The notes under the pieces are model-generated. The model ran no database searches, had not been told where the DNA came from, and saw nothing but the letters and a program-made list of their open reading frames with translations. A program made the translations under genes and the position numbers. Below, piece by piece: positions 24,748 to 38,900 of a DNA stretch of 64,000 nucleotides. How positions within the stretch are numbered: position 1 is the stretch's first letter; each line of letters begins with the position of its first letter. The stretch covers positions 22,258,001 to 22,322,000 of the forward strand of contig NC_092345.1 of assembly GCF_963676685.1 (NCBI RefSeq), written 5' to 3'. Origin of the DNA: Mytilus edulis (lineage: Eukaryota).

Positions 24748-27700
24748 ATGTGTGAATCAGTGATGAATAGAACTGGATCACTGCTACATCGGCTTAAAAC
24801 AGAACCAGAATTCAGATTAAGATTTTTGACATTCCTGTGTTTGGTCTGGTCATTCTTCATTTTAGTGAGTATTAATTTAATCTTAGAAACATCAAATACA
24901 GTAACATGGGTAATAGAACACGTATTAGCCTTTAAAAAAAAAGGCTAGCCGTCTCTTAGCTGATGAAAATGGAAAGTGTTCTTGCTTTGTAGATTAATTC
25001 ATTTAGAATAGCCTTGCATATCGTTTAATGTTGTGTGCGTTTACAAAACTCCAAAAGATTCGGCTATTTATAGATAAAAGTTACCTGTGTTCCAATATCA
25101 TGAATATGCATGATAAATGACCAGGCACAATCTAATTGCTAAAATAGAGAGGACAAATCCGATATTCTACGGGATTGAAAGACATTTACTAGGTTTGGAT
25201 TTTCATAACCAATCAACAAACTTTGATTATTCACGTCTCATAATATCTTCCAATCAGGTAGTAAGAAGCATTCACGCACTGACTGTCCATCGTTCAATTC
25301 TTAATAACGTCTCCGAGGAGACGTTAACAAAAAAAAAACCGGCCAGTAATTCCCTATTCAAATACATGGTTTTCGTCAATAAAAGGTCTAATTACTGGCG
25401 TCATGATCAGGAATAATTCTGTTGGAAGTTCTGTTGGTTATACGAATCTACTTGGTGTGAACGTCAATATATCAGCAATCTTACAAAAATCAAATAGGAA
25501 TCAGTTTTAACTTCCTTTGTGTAAGTTGTACAACTCAGGAAGTATTGAAAGGCCGAGAAAAAAATGTTGGGAATACAAAATATATAAAACAACCAGAAAC
25601 AATTGTAATATCACCTTCGCCGCAAAATACACTAGCCATTTGAAAAGAAAACAATATACATATATATATACGAAATGCATATTCACCAAACATGCAGAGG
25701 AAACCGAGATCCAATATGATACAAGGAAATAACCAGGGTAAATATTGGAAAAGCACTTTTTGCTATATCTCATCAAGACAGTTTCTGATAGGGTTTTCAA
25801 TAATGAAAAAATGAATCGTTCCACCTTCAGCAAGATTAAACATGTTTAAAGAAGATAGTCAGATTTTATGGCCCCTAATGTCTATCTTATTCAAGTTTTC
25901 TTTGCAAAACCTGGACTAGTTGAAAAACGCGAACGTTTTAATTGTATTATATGTTCTAAAAGCTTTCATATGTTATTAAAATAAGCTAGACGTATTAATC
26001 AAATGCACACGTGTTATTGCAAATAAAAAGAAAAATTGAAATAATTGGATGTTATTGCACTCTTATAAAAAAAAAAACAGGTATGCACTCTTAATAAAAC
26101 CAAAGACAGATTGAAAAAATCACAACAGGACGTATGCAAAACGGTTGACTAGCTATTTCTGCTTTAATGAATCGTGAACGTCATATTGTCAATAGTCCCA
26201 CACTGTATCGCCAGGTTTTATTATATTTAAGTTAATGTACCCGACTACCTGTATATATGATAACTGTAAGAAGTTTTAAATTTAAACTGTCAGATAAGAA
26301 GTTTCAGGTAGTAGTTATGAATATCTAATGCATTTACAAATCCTGTTTTATTGCTATATGGTATAAACTTAATGCTGTTGAACATGATTTTGAGATAAGT
26401 CCCTGTAGTAACTCGGCAAACCTAGTTATGGTCTTCCTTCATTTGGGATTTTGAGGTAGCAGATAACAACTGGTCTAGATCTTTAATGAAATGTACAAAT
26501 TTTGAGAGTAGTATGTAATTCATGTGTAAGACTGTTCATGTAAATATAGATAAATTTGTGGAATTTTTTTACGACTATATTTTCAACAACAAAAAAATCA
26601 ACAATATTCTTGGTGGATTATTTTTTTTTTTAATTTTGCCACATAAAGGGAGATAACTCACATAGTAGGGGATATAACTCAGATACAGTAATTTTATAAA
26701 AGAAAGTGTTGTGAATTTACCTATTTTAATATGAACATGTAGCAAGAAAACAAGTTCGGTGGCCCCATTTTCATTTTCCTATCTGAAAGCATGTTATAAG
26801 AGCTTTTTTCTCTTGTGTTATCTTAACATTCTATGGTGAAGTTTTCTTTTTAGTCCCACACAATTGAATTTTCGATGCAAAATCTACACAGATCTGACAA
26901 TTTCGTAAAACCTGTAGCGTATAAAAAAGGACCCGGTGACCTATACTTTTTATTATATTTTTGAAATATTATAATAAAACTACATTTTGACAAACTGTAA
27001 TATAATCTCTATGTTTTTTTTATTAAGACGCCACAACCACCTTAAACTAAAGTGCATAGTGCCATAAATCAAGAAATTATGTTTAGAATGTGAAATACGT
27101 CATTGTATAAAATTAGAAATAATTTGTAAATTTTCTGTGTCTCTTTTGAACTAGTTGCACATAATTAGACATAAGCATAATCATATTCATTGATAATTTC
27201 TTAAGTAATGTATTTTGTTGTATTTAGGGATGGATTCTTGGACAATTTGGGCCATCAATTTTCGATTTACAGTACATTACTAATACAGATTTGGAGGGAG
27301 CATCATTTTACTACATATCACATAATGTAGGATATCTGATTGGTTCGTTGATCAGCGCGGTTCTGATTGGTAGATGTGATTGCAATTTTCTCTTATTTGT
27401 GACAATGTGTATCTATGGTATTTCTGTATTCGCAATACCGTGGTGTTACCTGCCACCAGCCATGTTAGTAGCGCAGGCAATTAGGGGCCTCTCAGGAGGT
27501 CTTCTAGATACAGGTAAGTCATCCAAAAGTATATATCTAGAAGAATTGTTACTAAGTGACTAATACCGATTGCGAACGACACTTGTTTTAATTAAGGTAA
27601 AATTATGTTTTTTGTTGTCTTGACAACCACACTCATACGGCATTTCAAACCTAAAAAGGCGTCAAGATGGGATATAGAGGTGAACTTTGCACGATGGAGA

Positions 27701-29958
27701 AACAACCGTATACTTTGAAATTAAAAGTCGTGCTCACGTCTATGTATTCACATAAAAGAGAGGTGAACGTTACCAAAAGGGATATTCAACCATTATATGT
27801 TGAAAACAAACGGTCAATGAAGTAGTCGAAAATCTATCAACAAACGATCAAAAGACAAATAACAGTATACAAAAAAAAAACCCGAAAGACTGAACACGGA
27901 CCCTACCAAAAACTGGTGTTGATCTCAGAGCGGTACTTAGACCCTGCTCCACATGTGACACCCGTCATGTTAATTCTATAAGATACGTTGATAATGTATA
28001 TCATGTAATAACTTTAAGACATCCTGCAATAACGGACCGGTAATTGATTCTTTTCTAATACGAAATAGCGATGTAAATATTTTCTTAACCTTGAGATTTT
28101 TTTTTTAATTGAATCACGTTTTTATGACAAAGGATACACGAGACTGTTACCAGTATAAACAACTCAAACATTGAAAAAGCACTAAGAACAAAAATAATTA
28201 AAGCAAGAGCAACATGAAACCCTATTAAAACAAAACTAAGGGGCGGTAGCAGGTGCTCCCGAGGGGAAAGATGATCCTGCTTGACAATGTGACATGAGGT
28301 ACCATCGTGTTGCTCGTAAAATCCCGGTGATCCGTGTATTTTTGGTAGGTCACATTCGAAAAGAAAATGACGCTATTGTAGATACAACAATTGGAATATA
28401 TCTGTCATCATCTTCGAACAGATATTTCATAACAGTCAACCAACTCGTGATGGCGTCCGGAGCGTCACTGATGAGTCTTATGTAGACGAAACGCGCGTCT
28501 TGCGTTCTAAATTATAATTCTGGTACCTTTGATAACTAATTAACCGCTTGGAACTCATGGTTTAATGAACTTACGGACATACATAAATTATGACATAACA
28601 TCATAGAGCATCTAACGACGTCCAAAAAAGTAGAAGACTAAACGAAAGTCTAATATATGTTTCTCTTACAACTGATATAATAAAAGTTCTTACATAATCT
28701 GTTCGCACGAACGTAAACTGACGTCGGTCTTCATCTATTGGATAAACCTATAATTTCTAACCGATATCGAGTATATTTCCAGTGAAAATTAAATATTGTC
28801 AAAAGGGTCATTATAAATAAATTGTGCTAAGAATTTAATGAATCGCTTTACTTTTCAGTTGCAAATTCGGAGCTCTTGAGTCTATTTGGAAATCAAGTCA
28901 GTCCTTATATGCAGGCCATGCATTTTGCATTTGCTACAGGAGGAATAATCAGTCCTTTGGTCACAGCACCATTTCTCACAGAACAGTATGATAATGGTGG
29001 CAATTCGTCGATAATAAACCAATCATCGTTAGTTATGCAAACTGGAAATATACAATTAGATAACATTTCATATCATTTGAATAATCTAACAACTGTGGAA
29101 AGAAATACCACGTACCATACGTCGAAGGATTCACATATATTCATTCCGTACACAATATCAGGTGTTCTCGCCATGTCTTCATCTGTATCGTTTTTACTTG
29201 TTTATATCAAATCCAGAAGACTAGCCAAACGACAAATCGATGAGGTAAAAATTGATCGAAATGAACGTCGATTATCTTTCCTTGTCAAACTGGTAATTTT
29301 GACAATAATGTCCATTATATTTCTACTATACACTGCGATGGAAGACACAATAGGTGCTTATGTTGCAACATTTTGTGTGGAACAGATGGCCATGACTAAG
29401 GAAGATGGATCTTATGTGACCGCCGTATTCTGGACTTTCTTTGCTTTTGGGAGATTAACAGGAATCCCAATTAGTAATATAGTTAAGTCAATACCCTTAG
29501 TTGGTATATATTCATCTTTACTTGTGATATCTTTTCTGTTGTTATCATTTTCACCTATGATAAATTCTTCTGTTACCGTATGGATTTCTACTGCTGTAAC
29601 TGGATTTGCTATGTCTATATTATTCCCGACTTTGTTCACGTGGGCAGAAGCAGACTTTTTATTGGTTACCGGTAAAATTGCGTCATTGTTCATTATGACA
29701 TCAACTTTAGGATCTATAACAAGTCCAGCGGCATTAGGATATTTGATTGAAGAAGTCAGTCCGATGTGGTATTCATATATACTTCTTGGAGAAAGTGTAG
29801 GAGTAATAATTTTCTTCGTGATAGCCATTATTCTTAAAAAGAAGCTTCCACAATTAGATGATAATAATGACAGGTTTAATATAGAAATCAAAATTGATGC
29901 AGATTCTAGTCCTGAACGGTCTGTACTTATGGATGTACCAGAAAATAAAGTCTCATAA
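24748..29958 (+). CDS. MFS transporter B, MFSD4/NaGLT1-like; exons 24748-24864, 27228-27513, 28859-29958; ~500 aa
   Basis: In-frame GT-AG junctions with the same phases (0, 1) and the same 286-nt exon 2 as A. Motifs GWILGQFGPSIFDL, GLLDT, PYMQAMHFAFATGGIISP, FWTFFAFGR. An in-frame stop upstream of ATG 24748 fixes the start. Confidence 0.9.
28460..28507 (+). ncRNA. Minimal type I hammerhead ribozyme (retrozyme/PLE-type)
   Basis: gagcgtca-CTGATGA-gtc ttatgta gac-GAAA-c gcgc GTC-ttgcgttc: full catalytic core, 3-bp stem II, palindromic loop III, stem I with one mismatch. Predicted cleavage after C28499. Confidence 0.85.
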
Positions 29959-30870
29959 AACTTACTTTGTAAAGAATTATACGACGAAGGAATCAATAAA
30001 ACATAGATTAGTGAACTACTCCCTTCACTTGAGATCTCTTAACCTATCTACTTAAATACTCATGTGATAATTTAACCTATATGATAATTTTTTCTACATT
30101 TATCAGCATGAACATTTATTATGTTTAATGCCTGGTCAGAAGTTTTCTATGAAAAAAGCTATATTTATCAAAAATTATATTCAATAGTATTTTCGAATGA
30201 TTGTAAGCAGTCAAAAACTGTTGAGTTTTCATCTGAATAACAAGCGACTATCAAAATCTATTTTTTGTTGATGCAAACTGTAGAAATATTAGTCTTGTTT
30301 TCATCTAAATTGTCTATCCATAACACTGTTTGGTCAGGACAGATTAAATACTCTTTCTCAGTTATTATCCTTCTTGAAAAATCATTGTTCTTCAGATATT
30401 AACCTTGTTGTCAGTTGAAAATAGTTGACTCGAAGCTAAATTGCTTTCAATATTTTAGGCTTGATTCTTATGGAGGTAACTTCAGACGTTTGACACACTC
30501 AGAATTCTAGGTCACGAACAAGCTTCCCTTAACTAGAGCATGGCATTTCAGACGCACCAGGTTGTAGCACAGGTAAACTAATGACACTTGCAATTGATAC
30601 TCTGAAAATAAAGATAACAGATTGGAATCGACTGCTAAAAAAGTGTACACAATAACTGAAAGACTTATAAGTGTCTACATTTTAACATTATTTTGATTAA
30701 AATGGTCGTGAAAATTGGAAATGCGGGTCATAATATTATTAAACCCAATTATGCTTAAAAACTTTCCAAAGTCAAATAACTCTAATCGAAGCATTTTTTA
30801 AAAACTAGATCTGTTCAGAAACAATACACGAGTATTTACATTTCTCGACTATAAATGCGAACAAAGTAAT

Positions 30871-31204
30871 AAAAGAGGGACGAAAGATACCAAAGGGACA
30901 GTCAAACTCATAAATCTAAAACAAACTGACAACGCCATGGCTAAAAATGAAAAAGACAAACAGAAAAACAATAGTACACATGACACAACATAGAAAACTA
31001 AAGAATAAACAACATGAACCCCACCAAAAACTAGTGGTGATCTCAGGTGCTCCGGAAGGGTAAGCAGATCCTGCTCCACATGTGGCACCCGTCGTGTTGC
31101 TTATGTGATTACAAATCCGGTAAATAGTCTAATTCGGTAGGTCACATTCATGAAAGGGAAGGGGATTGTAGTTACGACGTAAGGAACATATCCGATATCA
31201 TTTG
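30871..31204. repeat. High-copy interspersed repeat (PLE-associated tail), best-preserved copy
   Basis: The first ~150 bp are nearly identical to 22219-22372; an inverted copy lies at 34109-34310. Confidence 0.85.
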
Positions 31205-32959
31205 TAATAAAATATGTTTGAATTCATTTTTATAAAGGTGGACATAACCTCTGCATAAAAGGGATATATATACTAGTTAAAGATATTTTTTAACAGTAAA
31301 GTTATAGAATTTTCTTCCTTTGTTTAAGTTTGAATGTGTGTATTTCATATGTGTAATATACTATTATTTCATTTATTCCAATCAGTCAATCAGTCAACGG
31401 GAACCGTTCGGTAACTCGATTTTTACCGACTGTAAAGTTTTATGCATATTCATTCAATTGTATCTGTTAAGTTGTCAATGTCTATCTTTTATTAGGGCAT
31501 AAACAAAATGCTTTCCAAACATATTGATATAAAATAGTACGACTGTTTATTTTGTTTTTATGTCATTTTTTAAGTTTGTTTTTCTATTTATACAAGAACG
31601 TATATCACTGGTTTAATTTATTTTTTAAAAGCGTACACTGTATTAGATCGTATAATTGTTTTTTTATCTTTAATAAACTGGATGTCGATATAAAAATAAC
31701 ATCGTGTATTTTGATTAAAAAATCAAACAGTCACTAAATCTTAGGAAATTGCTGAATCGTTGTAAGATTTGTCAGACTTCGTATGGAGAAAAAAGACGAA
31801 AGACATCACAGTGACAATAGTGTTGTATTGTGGTTTACATATGCATGTTTTGTCGTCTTTATTTGTTTATGCGTTTCTCTGTTATGAATGTGTGTGTGTG
31901 TTGTATTTCTGTCACTTAGTGTTTGAGTGATATTTTGTAACATTGTTATAAAGTGGGAGGTTTGGCTTGTCAGTAAACCAGGTTCAACACACCGTTTTTA
32001 CACTAAAATGCCCTTTACCAAGTCAGGAATATTGCAGTTGTAATCAAATAGTTCTTTTCTAGTATGTGAGTTGGCGAGTTTCTGTTGAATTCCGAAGGTT
32101 CTGTGGTTCCTTTCTTTTCCTCTTATAGTTGATGTGGTTCCCTCGATTTTGTTTGTAACCTGGAGTTGTCTTTCTCAATCTATTTATGAGATTTGAAAAG
32201 CGGTTTACTGCTGTTGCATTTAAATTAAAAGTCGACGAAAAAGATGTCTGTAAATTTTAGGATTTTTTAAATTTTGAACTGCCATCTGCTTGTTACCTAT
32301 TGAAATTCAATCGTGCTGGCCAATAGTAGTACATGTAAATGAACTTTGCCATCCTACCCGATTTATACGCGCTCATCACTGACGAACGAATAAAAAAAAT
32401 AGATACTAAAGTAATTCACGTCAAGGCAGAAGCGATGCTACCAGGCTGTCGAAACCTCTTGTATTGCCATTGATTCAGTTATTAAAAATGAACTCATCAT
32501 AGATTCAGGCATTAAAATTGTGTCTGTATAAGACTCATCAGTGACTCTTGAATGAAGAAAGTTAAACCAAAAAAAAGGTCAAATATTAAACGCACTAAAA
32601 AGTATACAAGATGTCTTTATAAATTAAATGCATATGCATCGGGGTCAGTCATGTTACGAGAGCTCAACCCTCCCCTTGTCTAAAGCACTTGTGAATCACC
32701 ACAGTAAATCAAGGTCGACTGAACTGTAAAAACTAGTGAAGTAGGGTTCTCATTGGATTGGCACGATGCACATGAATGCTTAACATAAAGGAAAAGGAAC
32801 CGATCTTGGGGTACTTGATGTAACTGAAATCTTCTTCAAAGCAAAAAAAAAACTGCTGATGAATAAATGATATTTTCCTAGAGTAAAAGTTCATTTCATA
32901 TAGTCTCTTTAATGTCCACACGTCATGCGTCATTGAAACTAATGCTAAGTATATTGTAC

Positions 32960-35900
32960 TCACCTCCTAGATTTCCTGTTTTCTTCTGATTCAACACTCA
33001 TTTGAATTTCGTTTTCAAACGAATATGTATTTGCTTGTCTGGACACAAATGTAATAGTCCAAACTAAAACAAGCAAGACAATAGTTTGACCCAATGTTAT
33101 ATAAATGAACCATTTAGGAGACAGGTTATCCATTAAGTACCCTATCATTATCGGATTAATCATCGATCCAAGTGAAGCAGAAAACATTAGAAGAGAGGCT
33201 ACTTTTCCAGTTACAGGAACAAAGTCCTCTTCTGTCCAGAGAAGTATCGACGGAAAGAACACAGATATTGAAAATCCTACTACTGGTGAAAATATCCAAA
33301 TTCCAGTGGGGAATCCAAACTTTGTAGAAAGAAATATTCCAATTGTGCCTGCCAATACGATATTGATATAAACTCGTAACAATGTTGATGGCTTAAAATG
33401 TTTTGCAATGAAAATTGCAGTAAAGCGTCCAAATGCATACGCCGCCCAGTAAACAGAGACAAGATATGAGCCTGTTTGCTTCGTCCATTGAAACTGATTA
33501 ACAGTGAACGCTGTAAAAAAACCAAAGTACGTGTCTTCAAGTCCATTATCCACTCCTATAAATAAACTCATTAAAACGAGTATGAGTAATTTAAATGGTA
33601 GAGGTAGTTTTCTATGTCTATATTCCATTCCATCCGGGTTCTTGGTATCCATACGATATTCGGATCTGCTTTGCCAACATAAACATAAAAAGGGAATCGC
33701 TGCAGTTAGACACAAACCTGTTGATATCAGGTAAGCTTGGTAAAGAATTGACTCTTGTCCTCCAATTTCTGATTTGTTATCATTGTAAGCAGTTGAATCG
33801 TTAATAGTCGTATTGGTAAAATTTAGACCATTGCTGTTTGTTGTTAATATACCAGACATTCCAGCATTGGAAAACATTGCGTCATATGATTTAGTTGTCG
33901 ATTGCCACTGTGTTTCATTGTTTTCATTTGAGGGCGTTGGCAGAAGAAATGGCGATGTAGCAATTGGTGATAAAATTCCACCTACTGCATAAATGAAATG
34001 TAGCGTTTGCATGTACGACCGGGCAGATTCTTCTTCTCGGAACTTCAGAATAAAGACAGAATGTCCAGCTAAAAGTTAGCAGTGATATAAAAAAACAATA
34101 ATGTAGATATGGATCTGCTTACCCTTCCGGAGCACTGAGATCACCCCCAGTTTTTGGTGGGATTCGTGTTGCTTAGTCTTATGTTTTCTATGGTGTTTCT
34201 TGTGAACTGTTATTTGTCTGTTTGTCTTTTTCATTTTTAGCCATGGTGTAGTCATTTTGTTTTCAATTTATGAGTTTGACTGTTCCTCTAGTATCTTTCA
34301 CCCCTCTTTTGCAACACTTTCACGTAAGATTATTTTAACAGAACACTTCGTCTTTTTTTTGCAGCAGGTAAGTCAAAAGGACATAATTGTTGCCCTCGTT
34401 TTGAGAAATTCATATATTTGTTCTGATATCCAAAAGGGACACACTTTCGGAAATGTTAAAAGACATTTACATTTATTTTTTTCTACATATATTACATAAT
34501 GGCACACGCTACAATAAAGTTTTACTCTATGAAATGAAACTTTGAAGAACTTTTTTTCCAAATTGTCTAGAATATGAAAATAAGCTAAAATATATGATTT
34601 GCATATACACCACGAGTTTAAGATACTATTTAAATCGTTTAAACAAAAGTTCATGGGTAGATGCAAAATATATGAAATATAAGGCGAACAAATTTTCGGT
34701 TACTTAAATACGAAACAAATTAAGATCAACAACGAATTTTAATACCCTCGAAATATTTTTTTCTCAGTCAATCACTAAAAATCGATACAAGAAAAACATG
34801 AATCCATAGTAATCTTATAAAGATTTATATAACACTGCTTAAAGAGTTTGAAGTTGCACATTCGTGTTGATTATAAACGTTTACATGTATGCCTTAGGTG
34901 TGACATGGAATGTGGTAAAAAATATATCTACATAGCAATTGACTCTGTTAAAATTGTATCATGTTGATAATTATACAAACCTGCATCCAATAAGCCACCT
35001 CCTATTCCCTTAAAAATGTGCATTAATACCATTACTTCATATATTACAGAAAAAGGAATCGCAGCTGATGTAGACGCCAGCATGAAAAGGCCAATTAAAA
35101 TGATTCGATTTGCATTCATTCGTCCAAACAGTCCGCCACTGATCACTGAACCACATAAATAACCAATGAAAGTTGCTGTTACAAACCAAGAAGCTTCCTC
35201 TAACGTACTGTCTGTTAATTTCTCGAGATCCAACAAGGAAGGTCCAAGCTGGCTCATAACCCATCCCTAATCATACAAAATTAAAGTCAGTCAGGCAATA
35301 AAGACAATAACAATCAAAACCAAGGAGTAAACAAAGACTCACAAAATAAAATATCAAAGTTTCCATGTAAAAAAGAATCCAATGGCATTTGCTTCCAGAA
35401 CGGTTCAAAGTTAGTTTTAATGCCATTTGCTGCGTTTAATATACGGTATCAGAATCATTACGAATCACATTTATATCAGCTAGAATTGAAATATTAGTTA
35501 ATCCACGATTCAATAAACGTTCTCATTTTTAAAACTGTCAACTTGTAATTCCTCAGAAATTTAACAATGAAACATTTACATTTTACAGCGTTTTCGGTCC
35601 ATTATTTAACTTTTTTTTTTAACCTTGACTAAAAATTGATCCACGTAATGCATATAAAGATAAAAGGGTCAAAAGTACATTGATTCCTGTTTTTATTTCA
35701 CTCTTCACTGTAACAGATGTCATTGTCGACATTGACAATCCATGCAAACAGTTAATATAGTACTCCAGGACCTGCGTACAACCATCATCTTTTAGGGGTT
35801 GTGTTTTTTTTTTGGGAAAATGCTTCATGTTTAAAATATTCGCACTATAAACGCTTACAACCATATAAAACTATTACAAGAAGCATTCATTACATGTTTT

Positions 35901-38900
35901 ATGCTTCATGAATGCATTTATGAATTATATCAAGCTTTTTAATGTGTTTTCCATGCATTGTTTTAAAATTGTCGACATTTAACTTCTGCATTCCTAGCTG
36001 TTATATTTTATACAGAAATATAATTTAATATTCACTATTGACAAGCGCATGATGGTAACTGAAGTTACCACGATCCCAATATGTCGAAGGGGAATCCCGT
36101 TAAGATCTTTCACTCTTAATTTCTTTGTGTTTACAGATCTATACGGGGTCAGTAAATTCCATATAGGGTTCCAAGCTCTCATCCCATATGGAATTTACTG
36201 ACCCCGTATATATCGTATTAGGTCACTAACACACTATGTAACTAATAATACGCCTTTGGATCAAATGATATGTAAACATTGTATTGATAACAAAATTGAA
36301 GATGAGTTTCATGTTATATGTGAATGTAACCTCTATCAAGAGGATAGGAAAAAGTTTAGTGTAATGTTGACATTGTTAATATTATGCCATGTTTTCGTAA
36401 TTAATACAGTTTTGATAAATTTAGATATTTAATTAACTGTTCGGAGACTGATGTTTTCAACAGATTTCTTTTACATATAGAAAAATGTATTTTGATGTGG
36501 GAATAATTGCATAATATTGATGAGGATATTTTGTCTATTGTTTGTTAATAGTGTCACAATTGCTGTCTCTATGTTTAATTCTGTATTTATATTTGCATGT
36601 ACTAGTTAGTTAGTTACATTTTTATTTATTTATTCAAATGATTTGAATTTATTTTGAAAATATTAAATATAATTTGATGTATACTTTATTTTTTCTCCAG
36701 CTTGAAAACATGTGATAGATTTTTTTTAAATTTTATTTAATAATGATAAAGTTCTTGAAAGTGTCGCTAGAACCTGCTAAAACATTTTAATCAGAAGATT
36801 TTTTTTCATATATATAATTAATTATTGTGTGTTTTATTGATATTCATAAGCAAATGTATATTATATATAATATGTACAATATCAAATTGTATTTTAATAA
36901 TATTGTTTGTACAGTCTCTCATAATTTTTGTAAGATTGGTACATACAATGTGCATTTAAAGTTTGTTGTTATGTACGGAAGCCGTAAGGGGACACACAAA
37001 ACATAAGGGGACACACAAAACATAAGAAAATATATTTGTAATTCGAGATCACGATAAAACATTACCGTTTTACCGAGATCTCGATAAAAAATATATCGTT
37101 ATCTCGTTAAAACGAAATTGTTATATCGAGATCTCGGATTTTAAAAAGTTATCTCGGATTATTAAATCGTTATCTCGATTTATTATATCGTTATCTCGAT
37201 TTATTATATCGAGATCTCGGATTATTATATCGTGATCTCGGATTATTATATTGTTATCTCGGTTTAATATATCGTTATCTCGAGAAAATGAAACTGTTAT
37301 TATTTTTAAATTAATGTGGTGAGACTTTAATAAAATACTAAATCTAAATCTAGATAGATAATAACATGTCATTTCCCATATTGGTAGTGGTATCAGCCCA
37401 CGACCCATATCAAGCCCTCGGCCTAAGGCTCTCTGGTTTGATATGAGAGTCTAAGGCTGATACCAGGGTTAATATGGAAAATGACATGTCATAATCTAGT
37501 ATCTTGCCATATATAACGTTGTACACAAAGAAAACTTTAACCTTTTGCATTATAAACATGTAGATCCAATAGAGATATGCATATTAAAAGAAACAAAACC
37601 AAAAAAGTGAGAATTTTTTCAAGTTTCTCCGGGTGCGCGATTCTTTCGCTGTGTTGAAGACCCATTGGTTGCATCCGGCTGTTTACTGCTCTATGGTCGG
37701 GTTGTTGTCTCTTTGACACATTCCCTATTTTAATTCTAAATTTTATTTTATTCTGGAACTATTTTTTTTTAAAACACAGCCGAAGGGAGAGGAATATAAA
37801 TGCAAAACAAAAACAAAAAAGACTCAAAACATTTTAATATTGGTGTTAAATGATTTATGAATACTGTAATATAGTAAAATCACTTTGAACAGTTAATTTT
37901 TTTTTTTAAGTCTCAAATATGTCATCATTTGGATATTTGACATTAATTGTCATCTAGGAAATAAACTCATCATAGATACCAGAATTAAATTTTGTATTTC
38001 CGCCAGACGCGCGTTTTGTCTACAAAAGACTCATCAGTGACGCTCGAATCCAAAAAAGTTTAAAAGACCAAATAAAGTACGAAGTTGAAAAGCAGTGAGG
38101 ACCAAAATTACTAAAAGTTTTGCCAAATACAGCTGAGATAATCTATTCCTGAGGTAGAACAGCCTTAGTATATCAAAAATTCAAATTCAAGCAGTTAATT
38201 TTATTAATATGACCATAGCAATGATAACGCATGTAAGCACAGAAGTGCTCACTACTGGGCTGGTAATACCCTCGGGGAATTAAAACTCCACCAGCAGTGG
38301 CATCGACCCAGTGGTTGTAAATAAACTTATCATAGAAACCAGGATTAAATTTTGTATTCCCGCCGGACGCACACGAATTGAATATTACTTCGTCGTTTTA
38401 TAAATTTTAAGTGTAAAGCAGATCATTATGAGTAACTTTAATTTGAAAATTCAATTAAAAAAAAGTTGATAATGATTTCTTTCGCATCAGTTTCCGCAAG
38501 GTAGACAGAAACATAAAAAAAAAGACCTTGTCCATATAACATAGAATTTATATTTACCAATACAATAAATGCCCAGCATAGGAATATCCATATTAAAAAA
38601 CGTTGTTTGAAATCTTTGTCTGTTGATAACCTCTCCATCAAAGAATCCGGAATAGTCTTTGCTATGTTACCTTCCATCATTCCAGTTGTTTCACTTTCGT
38701 CAGTTACCCTCTGTTTATTTGAGGTATAATAGTTGTGGTTCTTATGATCTAAAATCCACGTTATGGATCACGCCATGATTGGCTTATTTATTTTTCATTT
38801 TGTTATCTATCATACAATTGGTTCTCAATGCTATTCGGATTTATTCTACTCTTTTTCGTACAATAAATCTCGTATGATAGATAACAAAATTTAAAAATAA

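Noticed and set aside
29412-29996. 194-aa minus-strand ORF and similar antisense ORFs (15644-15850, 33105-33804, 46807-48462, 52507-52776, 57972-58815)
   Set aside because: Shadow frames of real genes on the opposite strand; no independent motifs.
30849-31088. Hydrophobic small ORFs (also 2286-2672, 22101-22439, 23431-23754, 34257-34499)
   Set aside because: Chance translations of the same non-coding interspersed repeat.
37121-37408. Repeat protein with RDNDII units
   Set aside because: Translation of a 21-bp DNA tandem repeat; no splice or gene context.
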